Shown piece after piece: positions 13,480 to 26,327 of a stretch of DNA of 64,000 bases. This stretch comes from Rhynchobatus australiae. Taxonomy: Eukaryota. The notes beneath the pieces were generated by a model, which was given only the letters and a program-made list of their open reading frames with translations, was not told the origin of the DNA and did not search any database. Within the stretch, counting starts at the first letter, position 1. Each line of letters begins with the position of its first letter. Location of the stretch: NCBI GenBank assembly GCA_034780895.1, contig JAUZTB010000017.1, positions 38,413,268 through 38,477,267 of the forward strand, given 5' to 3'. The position numbers and the translations under genes were made by a program.

Positions 13480-13780
13480 AGCATAAAGGGAGGCCATTCA
13501 GCCCTTTTTGAGTTTATTCCAGTTCTCGTAGAGCAATCCCATTCCCCCACTTATTTCCTCTTCTCTCTCGCATGCCCATTAACACCCTCCAGATTCTCCC
13601 GCCACCCATCGACATTGAGAGCAATTTGCAGTTGCTAATTAACCTACCCACTGACACAGCCTGTGGGAGGGAAGGGGCAAACCCACAGAGTCACAGTGAG
13701 GATGCACCCTGCGGTCAGAATCAAACCCCAGGTTGCTGGAGCTGTGAGACGACTGCACTACTTGAAGCACCACTGTGTCA
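13480..13780 (-). mobile_element. Decayed tRNA-derived SINE
   Basis: ggaggccattcagccc tail; aattaacctacccac..gtgggagg..aacccacagagtcacag..ggtcagaatcaaaccc..gctggagctgtgag. Confidence 0.7.
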
Positions 13781-14489
13781 CTACAGAGTGTGTGAGTGAA
13801 AGCACACAACAGATTATCAGGAGTGCCTGATGACTTGCACCTTGGGTATGACCACATTATGCTGTGGTTGTCATGTAGCTGGAATGGTGGCTGTTGTGTT
13901 GCATAATAATCCTTTAGCATGATATTAAACATGCTGTTCAATTTCTGGGCCTTTATCTGGTTATGTATCACTTTGCTATTAGTAAGAGTTTGCTATGCAT
14001 ACTCTGGCTTGGCATTTTCCTATTTTGAAACAGTGACCACAGCATTCCAGAAGTACTTAACTGGCTATGAACACTGAGGACTGTTGTGAAAGGTGCTGTT
14101 TAAGTGAATCAAAGTATTTCTCCCTAATAAATATAAAAGATGGAATGAGATGTCAACGAGTGCCTGAAAAATACCCATAGCCTTTACTTTCAATGTATTG
14201 CCTCTCTAGGGAATGTGTCTGCGTGCAATCTAGTATAACTAGCACCTACCTCAAGCCAACTAACGTGTTCCAAGTGTTGGGAACTTGTTTGAAAGCATTG
14301 AAGACCTATGGAGTTTTCCTTTCACATGCGGCTTATCGACGAAACTGAAGCGAGTTCTCATATTTTTTTCCTTTTTTCCTTATTTCCTCACAACGTGGCT
14401 GTTTTGTCTCATTATGTCTATGCCAGCTTGTCTCCTGTTTCCCCCTGTAGACATGAAACTGAGGCAGGGTTTTGACCTAAATTGTTGAC

Positions 14490-14556
14490 GGTTCCTATTG
14501 CCCCCATTGGTGCTGCTCGACTGCTGAGTTCTTCCAGACGATTGTTTGATGCTCCT
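14490..14556 (+). mobile_element. Penelope-like terminal fragment (truncated by a gap)
   Basis: tgctgctcgactgctgagttcttccag, preceded by cagggttttgacctaaattgttgac, a degenerate hammerhead region. Confidence 0.5.
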
Positions 14557-14627
14557 NNNNNNNNNNNNNNNNNNNNNNNNNNNNNNNNNNNNNNNNNNNN
14601 NNNNNNNNNNNNNNNNNNNNNNNNNNN

Positions 14628-14790
14628 CTAACCAGCCAACCTGCACATTTTTTTAGGATGTGGGAGGAAAATGGGAAAGCCCACAAGGAGCAAGTGCAAA
14701 CTCCACACATACAGCACCGGAGGTCAGGATTGAACCCGGGTCACTGGAGCTGTGAGGCAGCAGCTCTACTAGCTGCACCCAGTGTGCTGC
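14628..14790 (-). mobile_element. tRNA-derived SINE 5' half
   Basis: Reverse B box ggattgaaccc (14727-14737), ggatgtgggaggaaa, ctggagctgtgaggcagcagctctactagctgc. Confidence 0.8.
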
Positions 14791-16971
14791 CTTCAGTGAA
14801 ATAGTTAATAGCAATCTGTAATGCAAGAACTTTATTTGGACAAAAGCTGTGCTCACAAAGTCCATACTGACGAAATTCTGATACAAGATGTGGTTTGTAG
14901 CTGTCAAACTGCAGGATCAATTCCAGACTATGATCACCAGGATTGATAATCAGAACCACAGGCTTATCTCATCAATGCAAAACAGATCAATTTTCCCAAA
15001 ATAAAACTTTGCACGAGTTATCTGGCTCCTCCACTATGCAGACCCCTCGAGTAGATCATTCATATCTCTTTATTAAGAAATGTTATTTATCATACACAGC
15101 CCATGGTTAAGTGTAACTGACTGAGCCTTGGATTACAAATGCACCCCAGGTTTTTTAATTAAGGGGTAAGGTATTTAGATAGAAGGTCAAGCCAGCTTCT
15201 GCTCAATCCTTTCTACTGGCACAGTGTTGAGATCATGGGATTGTCACATGTTCAGACAAAAGTTCAAAGAAGCAATATGTGAACTTTTCCAGAAATTCCA
15301 GTGGAAGTTAACTCATGGTTAAGTGGAGTTATTTTCGCAACCCTTTCATCGGATTCATCCTGCAGAAATATTGTCAACATACTGGAGAAGTTTCTGATTA
15401 TAATTTTGCTGTAATCCAGAGTGTGGCCAGGCTGTGGGGGACACTTCATGGGAGGAGAGAAGGAAGTCAAGTTCTCTTACCTTTTGGAACTTGATGAATT
15501 ATTTCTTAAAGATAAATGCAAGTTGTGCATGTACTTGGTGTACAGTACTTAGTGTCTTATTTTGTATACACAGAAGGAGAAATGTGTTATTCTGTTATTA
15601 CTTAGTGGAGTTTTAATCAGGAAAGATCACTTCTTAATGTTTTATGTTACATGCAACAATAAAAGCACCATATGTTGTAAATTGTCTTTGGTTATTTGGC
15701 ATTCAGCTATAACAACGGTGCACAAACATTGATTTAGGCTGTGATATTAAGCTATTCAGTTCTCAGAAAAAATACAAGATCGTTTCTTTGTGGTACAATG
15801 CAGAAATGCATTATAAAGAGATTACTGTGCTATTTATAGAAACAAAAAGCACACATAACATAACCCATTTAAAACAATGTTTGTCCTTTTCCTCCTTGGG
15901 GGAATAAAATCAATTCTGTTTGTGAATAATGGCGTGGCTACTTAAAAAGAAATTAGTGGCTCCAGATGAAACTTTTCGTAATGATTTTTGGCACAAGGTG
16001 TAATTGCTTTATTGTGTTTATATGGTGGGAGTATACACCAGATATCTAAATTGCCTCTTGCAGTATTTCAAAGCACTAAATCATGCTTTCCTTTTCAGCA
16101 ACCCAGAGATGATGGAATAAAAGATTAGAGGAGAATATCAGTCCAGAGAGTCCTTGTCATGTTTCAGTATTGCAGGAATTCAGCACTTTTTTTTAAAGAC
16201 ACAGACAATTCACTGCAGAATTGGACCCAGGTATTTTGCACAAAGCAGTTGAAACTTTGACTTAAAAATAGATGGCAGCTTGAAGCAGTTGAAATACGAT
16301 ATCTGTCAACTCCTCATTATAGCCTTTATAGACGCCAGAGAGGGCATGTTTACTTTCTGCTTGTGTAGGATACCAAATTGTTCATAGTGTTGTACTTTAA
16401 AAACACACAAATTGGGAGAACACTTCCTGATGATAGCTGCACACTGAAATATTAGTCCAGGTTTATTTGTAGTATGAAAACTTCCCACCCCTAAGATTAA
16501 TTTATGTTTTGCTCAGTTCAGCTAGGTCTGTGATTGTGAGTTTGTGAGCCTGTAACAAATTGAACAATGCTCCATAATCAAATTACGGTAAGTTTTAGTC
16601 ACAGGGTCGCTGGGTTTGTTGGTTCAGTGTGTTACAGTGATATTCAAGCTGAAATAATAGACCATTGTTTGATGTTCTGTGTCCCTGCTATCTTAATAGA
16701 CCTTCAGCTGTCATTCTGCAATTAGTCCATATGTTTTATAACTCAACTTTTAATAATCCATACTAGGTGATGGGGGTGTGTTGGCTGGAGGGGTGAGTGC
16801 GGGGAATGATGAAGCAAGTCTAAAACTGTTAAATTCTGCAGGAATTTAAGATGCACACGGTCCATGTTTGGCCATTGAATAGTTCACTGTAAAAGGTGCT
16901 AAACAACATCCAAGTCTGCCGCAGGTCTGTATCTGTCCTTTCTCCCCCATTTCTATATAAAACGTAGCCAC

Positions 16972-17280
16972 CAAAGGAATAGGAGTAGCCAGTTGGCCAT
17001 CAGACCTATTCCACTATTCTATCAGAGTATGGCTGAATTCATTTCTTTTACTCCCATTATCCCCCTTTGCAGCTGATTTCCCCATGTCTTTACCAAACAA
17101 GAATTTATCTCCATCAATCTTGAAAGTTTCAATTGTCCACTGGCATTCACAGACCTCTGGAGAGGGGAGAGCAGAATTCTAGCGCCTTTTGTTGGGGAAG
17201 TGTGCTTCCTTGCTTCACTCCCGAAGTGACCTGCATAGCTTTTGATCTTAAGATTATTTCCTATCAATTTTGATTTCCAC
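16972..17280 (-). mobile_element. Old CR1 3' fragment
   Basis: aaaggaataggagtagcc..ggccatcagacc; ggcattcacagacctctggagaggggagagcagaattc. Confidence 0.55.
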
Positions 17281-17404
17281 CTCCCCTCCTCCCACCCCAT
17301 GGGATTAGATCTGCCTCATCAAATGCTTTTAACAAGTCTACCTTAACTGTTAGATCCAACCTTCCAAACTCGAGTCTTACTCCCATCATCGCTTGCACAT
17401 CAGA

Positions 17405-17722
17405 GAGCTCCTTGAGAAACCGTAACGTTCCTACGAGGTCCTGCAAATCTCTCCACCCTGACTGCTCAAAGAGGGGAAGCTGCATTTGGAATGGTGTTGA
17501 GAAGCTCCAGTCCGTGCATGAGGAGCACCTGGAGGCTCCATCTGACCAGTGGATGGAGCACGCCCCCTCACAAACCACCCACCCACTTGCCTGGTCAGCC
17601 AGCATCTGCCCCAGCTGTGAAAGAGTGCACTCTTTCCAACACTCATCAGCCATCTCAGAACCCACAAAACTGGACTGGAAGGTGCTCATCCTCAATTCCA
17701 AAGAATTACCTCTGAAGAAGAC
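17405..17722 (+). mobile_element. RTE-clade LINE 3' end
   Basis: Frame LRNRNVPTRSCKSLHPDCSKRGSCIWNGVEKLQSVHEEH...TTHPLAWSASICPSCERV followed by ISHLRTHKTG, a decayed RTE C-terminal C2H2-like end, and a gaagaaga tail. Confidence 0.75.
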
Positions 17723-18094
17723 TGGGCATTAAAGTAAAGTGTCCATGGATGTAGAAATATCTTCTAACTAACCTTTAGTACATGGTTTTGGGACCTCTGG
17801 CACAAGCACCTCTCCTTATTTGCATCCATTGATTCGGCTATCCTCTTGCATGTAGACTGACACTCATGTATTATTAAGATAAGGGGTGCTTAATTTTTCA
17901 AAGTGATGTTGTTTGGCGGAAAAGTTAAATCAGAGTCCTCTTCCCTGTTCCTATGATGCACATGGACAATAATTTGCATTTAAGTTATACCTTCCAAGCC
18001 CCTATGCAATTCAAAATAGCCAGAGTAAACAAAAAAGATAATTGAAGGTGTGATTAAGAGTTCAGTCAAACAGAGCCAGGTATTATAAGAAACA

Positions 18095-18355
18095 AGTGAT
18101 GCACAGTATCTGAAACAAAAACAGAAAATGCTGGAAATACTCGGCAGATCAGAGAAAGATAAATGGTTAATATTTCAGGTTGAAGACCCTTTGTCAAAAT
18201 TTATAACATGCAGGTATTGTTATATGAGAGGTAGAATGAGTGTTGGAACAGTTCAAGTTGGAATTCCAGAATGTGTTTTCAAGGTCACGGTTTTTAGCTG
18301 GAAATCTGAATTTTTTTTAAAAAAAAAACAGCATTTCAGTATTTTCTGTTTTTAT
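18095..18355. mobile_element. Old fold-back Penelope-terminus element
   Basis: aaaaacagaaaatgctggaaatactc at the left is the inverse of cagtattttctgttttta at the right. Confidence 0.5.
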
Positions 18356-18765
18356 TTGCATTTATGTTCCACTTCTTCCACAAACTTGGCATCCCAGGTT
18401 GCTTTACAGCAAGTACCTTTAGAAGTGAAGCCACTGTTGTGACGGATGTTTGAATGTTGGGAACATGGCAGCCAATTTACACACAGCAAGATCCTATAAC
18501 TAATGAGGTGATAACGGCCAGATAATCTAGAGATATTTAGTGGTGATTTGTTGATGGATGAACATTGGCCAGGGCACTGCTACAAAATCCCCAATCATCT
18601 TTGAGATCTCATTGTTGAGACATCATTGTTGAGTCTTTTATTGAGAGGGCAGGTAATTTAATGCTTTGCTCAAGAAATGAGATTTCCAGCACTGTGACAC
18701 ACCTTCACTACTACATTCAAAGGCCTAGACTTTTTGCTTCTGGCTTGAGTCCACAGCCTTCTGAC
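18355..18765 (-). mobile_element. DeuSINE/SacSINE1-like SINE
   Basis: ttgcatttat..catcccaggttgctttacagc..aagtacctttagaagtg..ggcagccaatttacacacagcaagatcc..cattggccagggcac. Confidence 0.7.
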
Positions 18766-20821
18766 CAAATAAGGCACAATTGATGGTTGTTTTTTTTAAG
18801 AAATACTACATAGCATTGCACCATACAGGGCAAAAGATAATTTTCCCAAATGGGGTGGCTGGAGCAAAGCAAAAATGATTCTGTTGACAGATGTGGGTTT
18901 GTTGATGGTTTTAGATTGTCAATTTACAGAAATATTCTCTTTCAGTATTTGTAGGAACGGTGACAAAAATATGTTGCAACTGATTTTGACTAATGGAAGA
19001 GAATTTTTTAAAAAATCCCCTTCTGTACACTGCTGATGCAAGCAAAAATTTTTTACCTAACTAAAATGTAACTTTTAGTGAGCATTTTAAGCCACTTGAG
19101 AGGCTCTGGGGAGCAGATGACAGTTTCAATAAAAAGTCTATTTAAATTTCTATTTTAAACAAAAAGCTAAACCATGTGGAGTCTGGTCTGTACACCAGTG
19201 TTCTTGCAGCATTAAATCACAAAAAGAAAGCATCAGTAATCACCAGGGTCTTGACAAAATGAAATATACATGAAGACCACTGCTTGATAACAATTAAATA
19301 CTTTCTCAAAGTCCCAAGCTTTCTAGTCCTAGTTACATTATCTGATAGACTAGGAATTCAGTGAAAGGTTTCATGCTGTGGAATAATTAAGAATGTTACC
19401 AGAATGTGAAGTATTTTCTTTTAGTAACCACATTCCTAACTGTGCTTTTGATACAAGTTGCTTGATGTATCACCTCTGAGTAATAACTGTACACTCCAGG
19501 ATCATTTCTTGGTGTCTCTTGTCACTTAATCACAGGAGGACCAAAATAATATCTGAATCACATGTTACTTGTGCCCTGCTTTTTATTTCACTGCTGCTTT
19601 TAGGTGGGGTGGTTGCTGAGGGGAAACTGAAAGTGAACTTGAGGCAATGTAATTAGTGGCATTTTCTAAAAAGATTGTTTTGCTTCTGATGTGGGAACTG
19701 AGAACATTAAGATGGGTAAAGGCTTCCTGTTCAACTGTAAGACAGGTGATTTGTTCCAGACTGGAAAAAGAAATGAAGCATTTTAAACAATCAGATCAGC
19801 ACTTTTTACAAAATATTGTCATAGTTTGCTGACACTAATAATGTGAATTGACAACATGACTGCACTTCACAAAAGCAACTTGCTAAGGTGCTGATAATTT
19901 GAAATATAAATGAAAACAAAAATTGCTAGCAATACTCAGCTTTCTACTCTGACTCTTTTTATTCAAAGCCCTTGTATTAGCAAAAAAGTATAACTGCTTC
20001 AGAACTTTTAAATGTTAAAAGTCTAAACAGTGTTATTATGAGCAATTTGAATTGAGTCATAATGAATATTTTGAGATTAGAATGAATGTTTTCCATGTAA
20101 TTTGCCATGTAACTTTATACTTTCAATGATTCATCAAAGACACGAGCAGATAAGACGACTCTTCAATTTGGACAACAGATTCTGTACTCAAGTCTGGATA
20201 AAACTGAAACCAAATACTCCAACCTTGGTTTGCTTCAAGAACCACTCCTGGAACTTATTTAATATAGAAAACAGGAGGGGCTACTCAAACTGTACTGCCT
20301 TTTTTTTGGTATATAAATAATTTTTGAATTGCATTTAATTATAGTCTTGCTACAAAGCTGTAGAGACTTGAAGGAAAGCTTCAACTCCAAAGATGTTTAG
20401 TCTTTGCAGCATCAAGTTAACTTGGGAATCTAGCCAAGCAAAATACATTACAAAGGGTTCTGTGTGTTTTTGAAGCATTTCGATAATTACTTAGAAAATG
20501 AGTATTCTGCTTTTTCTAATTATACATCTAGTTTAGGATTTTTTTCTATTTCTCTGAATATGATCTCATCTTTCAACTTAACAGTGCGTGCTCTAGCTGT
20601 ACTTATTGTGCCAGCACTATTTTACGTGGTTGCATCACTTTTTTTTAAAGCTGCATTTGCCGCAAGACAACCAGATTTGGGTGAGTTATCGAAAGAAGAT
20701 TCAGTGGAGTATTTACAAAGTTCATTAAATAAACTTCAATATTGATTTTTTTTTTGGAATGTAACTTGTTCTTTAAACTCATTTAGCTATTTTTATAGAG
20801 ACCAGTTCATACATTGATGAA

Positions 20822-21360
20822 GCATCACAGATTGCAACGTAACTGGAGGCCACTTGGTCCATCAAATCTATGCTGGCTGTAGGCAAGTGCAATCCAGCCA
20901 TTTCCAGTCCCGTGCCCTCTTCCCCATTATGCTACTTGTACCTTCCCTTCAACTAATCCAGTTCTCTTTTGAACACCAGAACTGAACTGGACTCCTTTTA
21001 CTTTTTCTGGTAATGCATTCCAGACCCCAACCACTTGCTACAGAAAAAATTTTCAAAGTAACACACTTTTGATTTTTTTGCCAACCGTGTGCTCATTCTT
21101 GACCCTTCTATCTATGGAAGCATTTCCCCTCTCTAATCTCCCTGGATGCTTCATGGTTTTAAATACTGCTAACAGATCCTCTCTCAGCCTTTGTCCAGGG
21201 AGCACAATCCAAGTTTGCCCACAGAACTAAACTCCCTCATCCTAGGAATCCTTCCAGATTAAGTTTTTTTGCTCTCTCTTAGGCCTTTGCATTTTTCCTG
21301 AAGTGCGGTGCCCAGAACTGGACACTACTCTGGTACCCAAACCAGTGTTGTATAAAGATT
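20822..21360 (-). mobile_element. CR1 LINE 3' fragment
   Basis: ggaggccacttggtccatc; gcattccagaccccaaccac; ttcctgaagtgcggtgcccagaactggacac, the reverse of the CVQFWAPHF motif. Confidence 0.75.
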
Positions 21361-21977
21361 TTACAAAAGAACTGGGCAGAAGAAAGCCAGATTTTTCTCC
21401 TGGAATCCCAGAAATTCATGTGACACTATTGGAAGCTGACTCCAGCAGAACTAATCTCGACATCCCCATATTGTGACCCATTGCTTGTCGAGATGTAGTG
21501 GGTAGGACTCCACCCCCAACCCAGAAGTCATGGGGGCAGGGGGTTCAGGTTTTGGCTGCAGAGTTTGGAATCCTATTGAGCCCAGTACAAAATCACATTC
21601 TAAGTGCTCACAAAAGACCCCTCCGCTGACCTTTGGTAAGGTTGGCAACCCTCCTGTATCATGGGCTTCAGGAATCTGACTTAATCTCCTACTGCAAGCA
21701 ACCATTAAGACAAATCAATGGGAAATTGTCACGATGAATACTCAAGGGTGAACCAGATTTATTTTATCACCTTCCTATTATAGTGCTGGTGATTGCTGTT
21801 CAATTCGATTAAGGCACCCTGTGATTATCCTCTGTCAATTATCTTATTGTTGTTTTCTTGATCTGAATAAATGTGTTTAAAACCGTTCATTCCTGTAAGC
21901 CTTGCATCATGTAATGACACTATTTACCACGTATCCTACCAGGGCACTGGAAACCTAGATGTAGCAGGCAGTTCTAG

Positions 21978-22080
21978 TATCCTCCTTTCTTGGGCAATCC
22001 CTTGAGGTTGACAGTGACTTGCTTGCTTCCCCTCCGGTTTTGTGGGTTCTGAGGTGGCACTTGAGGCCAATGTGGAACCA
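21978..22080 (-). mobile_element. RTE LINE extreme 3' end
   Basis: ttcttgggcaatcccttgaggttgac..tgacttgctt..ccggttttgtgggttctgaggtggc is the reverse complement of the 17640-17722 region. Confidence 0.65.
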
Positions 22081-22099
22081 TAGTATTGTAGATTAAAAT

Positions 22100-22352
22100 G
22101 GCAATAGCACACTGATTATGGTGCTGGATTAGTAATCTAGGGGCCTGGATTAATGGTGAGTATATGCTGATAATTGTAAAAGAGACCATGAATTTGTGCT
22201 ATCCTTGTGCAGCCCCTGGTTTACTGTTAAGGTCCCTCTGAAGTGGTTTTGCCAGCCACTCAGTTGTCAGCACCTTGTCAGGAAAACAAGGGATAAGCAA
22301 AAGAAAATGCTGGCCTTGCCAGTGACTTCCCACAGTCTGTGAATGAATAACG
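22100..22352 (+). mobile_element. Old SINE with CR1-type tail
   Basis: ggtgctggattagtaatctagggg..gccagccactcagttg..aaatgctggccttgccagtgac..gtgaatgaataa; inverse relative at 44770-45050. Confidence 0.5.
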
Positions 22353-25300
22353 TGCAATAAAATATTTGTCAAGACCAGATGGAATTAAGTCAATGTCTGT
22401 TTATCTCATTCATTTTTTTTAAGTTTTATATCGCCTATGCACATCAGTGGAGGAATCGGGGGGTGGGGGGGGTGAGAATGGAGAAATTGTGTCTGTCTGT
22501 GATTGACTTCAATGCGATTTGATAAGGAATAAAATTCAGTTTTGCATTACCTAAAGAATCAAGAAACCTAAAATCAGGCATTCTTACAAGTTTGGGGAAA
22601 AAAAACACCTGTACAGCACTTGAAGTTTAAAACTGATAGAATTAGATAAATTTCTGTTGTACTATTTCTATTTCGTTGCATCTGGCCTTCAGATCAAGGT
22701 TTAAAGTGTATTGCAATAAATGAGAGTTGTTGTGACCTAATGCAGGGTCAGTGCAAAAATGCTGCTTTTCAAATTTTTTTTTCCAAGATAGCTCAGCAGC
22801 TGAATTCTTAAAGTGTAACCTGAAACCTATTTGAAAAGATATTAATCACGGCATCTGGTATTTTACTTTCTGTGAGTTAAAACTGAAGTTTTGTAAGCAA
22901 ATGTTAGCTCAAGTGTTATATACTTAACTGAGTCAACAGTGTGATTTGCCTGCCCATTTTAATCACACACAATACAAAAAAGGGGAAATGAGCCAAGAGC
23001 TGTAGAACTGGAAGCATAGAGACCTGTGTTAATATCACCTCACTCATGATATTAGAAGCTCGGCATGAATTTGCAGGCATTCCACTTAAAATCATTCTGT
23101 GACTGAAGGATGTGTTCAATAACCATTTTTTTTTGTCCATTTCCAGTTGTGACATCTGTAAACAAAAAATATATGTATCTGAAGTGGAGAAAGTCATTTG
23201 AAACTGAACATTTTTCACAACTTGATTGGCAATTCTCAAGTAAGATTGCCAATACTCGTAATGGGTCTTCAACCCAGCCAGCGAGAAGATTATGTTTGGG
23301 TTATTCAAGCATCTAGTACAGCGAGGGTATCATAGCTACAAAGCATATTTAACCTAGCCAATTTGCAGAGTGTACTTTTAATGGGTGTTCAGCCATTTAA
23401 CCCATCATAAGGAACAGATTACACGTGATATTATGCTACTAAACCAATGAACAGATTGCACTTCTAATGGCTATGTTACAGTCAGTTAACAAGTTGTAAT
23501 TGTTGAAATGTAATTTAAAAACCTGCAGAAGTATTACTGTCAATTCATGAATTTTAAAGAGAAACAGGCACCTTTTTTTTAATCCAGAATGATCTCGGGT
23601 GGATTTAAGTGATGTCCTTGGTATCTTTGGGTAGTGTGATTTGTGTTTGAAGTGGATACATTTTATAATAGATTATAACAGGGATAAGAAAGTAGTTTTT
23701 TAATTTAACAAAACTTGGATATAACACGATATTTAATTTTCAGAGAGGGCGGGAATAGATATAAACTCAGTTCAAAACAATGAATTTCCCAGAATGTTGT
23801 TGATGCAGCAAATTTTGATTAATTTCTGATGTGATAATGACATTTTTCCATTTCTACCCAAGTTCTAGTTTGAAGCAGCGTATATTTGTAGAATTTGTAG
23901 AAGCAGCTAGCAGTAGTTTACTGGAAAATACGTGAGAGTGACATCAGGGAAAGATCACCCACAGATTGCTGATAGTTTATTTTCCAGTAAGTCAGTATAT
24001 AAGTCATTTGTTGTTTCTTCTAACCATATGCTCTATTGACCTTATTGGACATTTCCAACTACTTCAGAAAATGAAGCAATGTTGTATTTATATGGTATTT
24101 ACTCAGTGTAATATTGCTTCTTTTTAAAAAAAAAGGCAGTGCATAATTTTAGTTGCACTTGCAGCCTCTCATTGGACTTCAATATAAATTTGCATTTGCT
24201 GCTCGGGTCATGAAAGTTCCAGTGCAAGTTGCCAACCTGTAAGCTCTCTGCAGTCTGTTCTGAGTGGTACTGAATAACGTGAGTGCAACAGTAATTTTGT
24301 TTTTGCATACTTCCACTGTAACTAGGGTTTGAAGTGTGCAATCTGTAATCTAGATTGGGATATAATAAAGGGAGGGTGGGGTTGAGATTATTTCTCATTT
24401 GGAAGAAAACTGAAATGCAAGGCGAAGCCAGTTTTGTTTACTTTTCATTGAAAAATGTAAGAATTTGCAAGAAGCAGTGATTATAATTGTGTTCAACAAG
24501 CCAGGTCATTAATCTTGCCAAAATCATTTTGGCATTTTCATTATGTCAATGGGACTCTTGGCTATTTTACTTCTGCTGATTTAGCTGGGATGAAAGTCGA
24601 GAGGTTTCAGGAGGTCAACAGAAAGGGGCATCGTTCTCAAAACAGTAATTGAGCAAAAATACTTTGGCTTCAGAAATACATTTGAATGAAACCATGGCCA
24701 CAGTATTTGTAAAACTGAGCTTTTTGTCAGATATCAGGACTTGTTTTGATTTAATCTTACAATGTTCTTTTCCTACATCTGGGGAATGAATTAATTTTGT
24801 TACAAGTGAAGTTAAATTTTCTAAAAGGCTGGCTCGCAAAATTGGAGCCCATGAAATAAAAGGATTGGTGATGGCATTAATATGAAATAATATGAAACCG
24901 TCTGGGATAACGTGCAGGGTCATGGTAAAGCATTGTTTTTGAGACTGCAGGGAGTTGGATTGTGCTGTTTGCCAGGGCTCAGTACTGGAACCATTTCATG
25001 TTTTTTTAATATGTTAGTGACTTAGACACTGGGGTGCAGCGTAAGATTTCTGAATTTTGTGGATGATGTAAAGTTTGGAAGTGTGGGAAGCATTAAGATG
25101 GATAATGCATTTCAGGTGGACATTGCCAGGTGAAGTGGACAGACGTGGCAGATGAAATTTAATATAGAGAATTTCAAAATGATGCATTTTGGCAGTGGAA
25201 CAAGGGAAGATGATATGAAGCCAAGAATACAATTCCAAAGGGGTGATGGAGCCAGGACACCTGGGTGCATTGTAAGAAAGGTTGTGCAATTTTTTTCTTC

Positions 25301-25487
25301 GCAGGGTTGCTAACTTCAGCTGTTAAGTGCTTTCCTTTACATGCAGTGGTGGACAAGAAATGAAGAATGGCATCCAGGACTCAGTCTTAGGGTATGGGGA
25401 GAGAGCTACCTTCATAGGTCTGCTTGGGGACCTCGAGAAAATTGGAGGATAATGAGAGGGGTGCACAAAATCTTGAGGGGTGAAGAT

Positions 25488-25812
25488 CAAGTCAAGTTTA
25501 TTGTCATGCGCACAAGTACAGCAAGGTACAGGTACAATGAAAAAACTTGCAGCAGTTTCACAGGCACATTGGTACAGACAACACACAGAATATATATTAT
25601 ACAAGTCAGTGAAGGGGGGAAGGCATCACTATAAAAAGTAAATACAATCAGAAACGAGTCCATGGTAGTGCAAGAGGTGGTCCGTGGTGTCCCATTGCTG
25701 AGGTAGGGTTAGGGTTATGCAGGTTGTTTCAAGAACCTGGTGGTTGTAGGAAAATAGCTGTTCCTGAACCTAGTGGTGTAGAACTTCAGTCTTCTGTACC
25801 ACCTGCCTGACG
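25488..25812 (-). mobile_element. LINE 3' tail of uncertain clade (L2/Rex-like) nested in CR1
   Basis: caagtcaagtttattgtcat..caaggtacaggtacaatgaaaaacttg..aagaacctggtggttgtaggaaaatagctgttcctgaacctagtgg; short relative at about 27085-27185. Confidence 0.55.
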
Positions 25813-25989
25813 ATAACTTAAACAGCATAAAAGCAAGGGGTCCGAGATCAGAGGACAAGGATTTAAAGTGTATAATTTTTGGGGGTGATGTAAGGAAGAG
25901 CTTTTTATAATGTCACGAGCAGTTACATGTGCTGGGAGCTGTGGAAGGTTGATGGATACTGATTCAGTGAATTTTGAAAGGGAATTTAC

Positions 25990-26327
25990 AGGCACCACAG
26001 TGCTGCAGCTTGTAGAGCCACTACCTTACGGAGCCAAAAACCAGCATTCAATCCTGACTTGTCTCGTGCGGTGTTTGCACGTTCTTTCTGTGATTCTGTG
26101 GATTTCCTTTGGGTGCTCCAGCTTCCTCCCAGGTCTTGCAGATGAATGAGTTGGTAGGTTAATTGTCTACGGCAAGTTGCCCCGAGTGTGTTGGTAGAAT
26201 CTAAAGAAAGTTGATGAGAAGGTGGGAGAATAAGAAATGTAATGTGGGTTAGTGTAAAATGGGTGCCCACTGGTCAGTGCAAACTCAGTGGGCTGAAGTG
26301 CCTGTTTCTGCTCTGTATCTCTCTCTG
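25990..26327 (+). mobile_element. tRNA-derived SINE nested in CR1
   Basis: ggcaccacagtgctgcagcttgtagagcc head, ttcaatcctgac B-box region, tttgcacgttct..gtggatttcc..gggtgctccagcttcctccc, tail gggctgaagtgcctgtttctgctctgtatctctc. Confidence 0.82.

Noticed and set aside
12551-13638. Long ORFs (267-331 aa) in the ORF track, also 50057-50969 and 55036-55404
   Set aside because: They consist almost entirely of X from N gaps and are artefacts.
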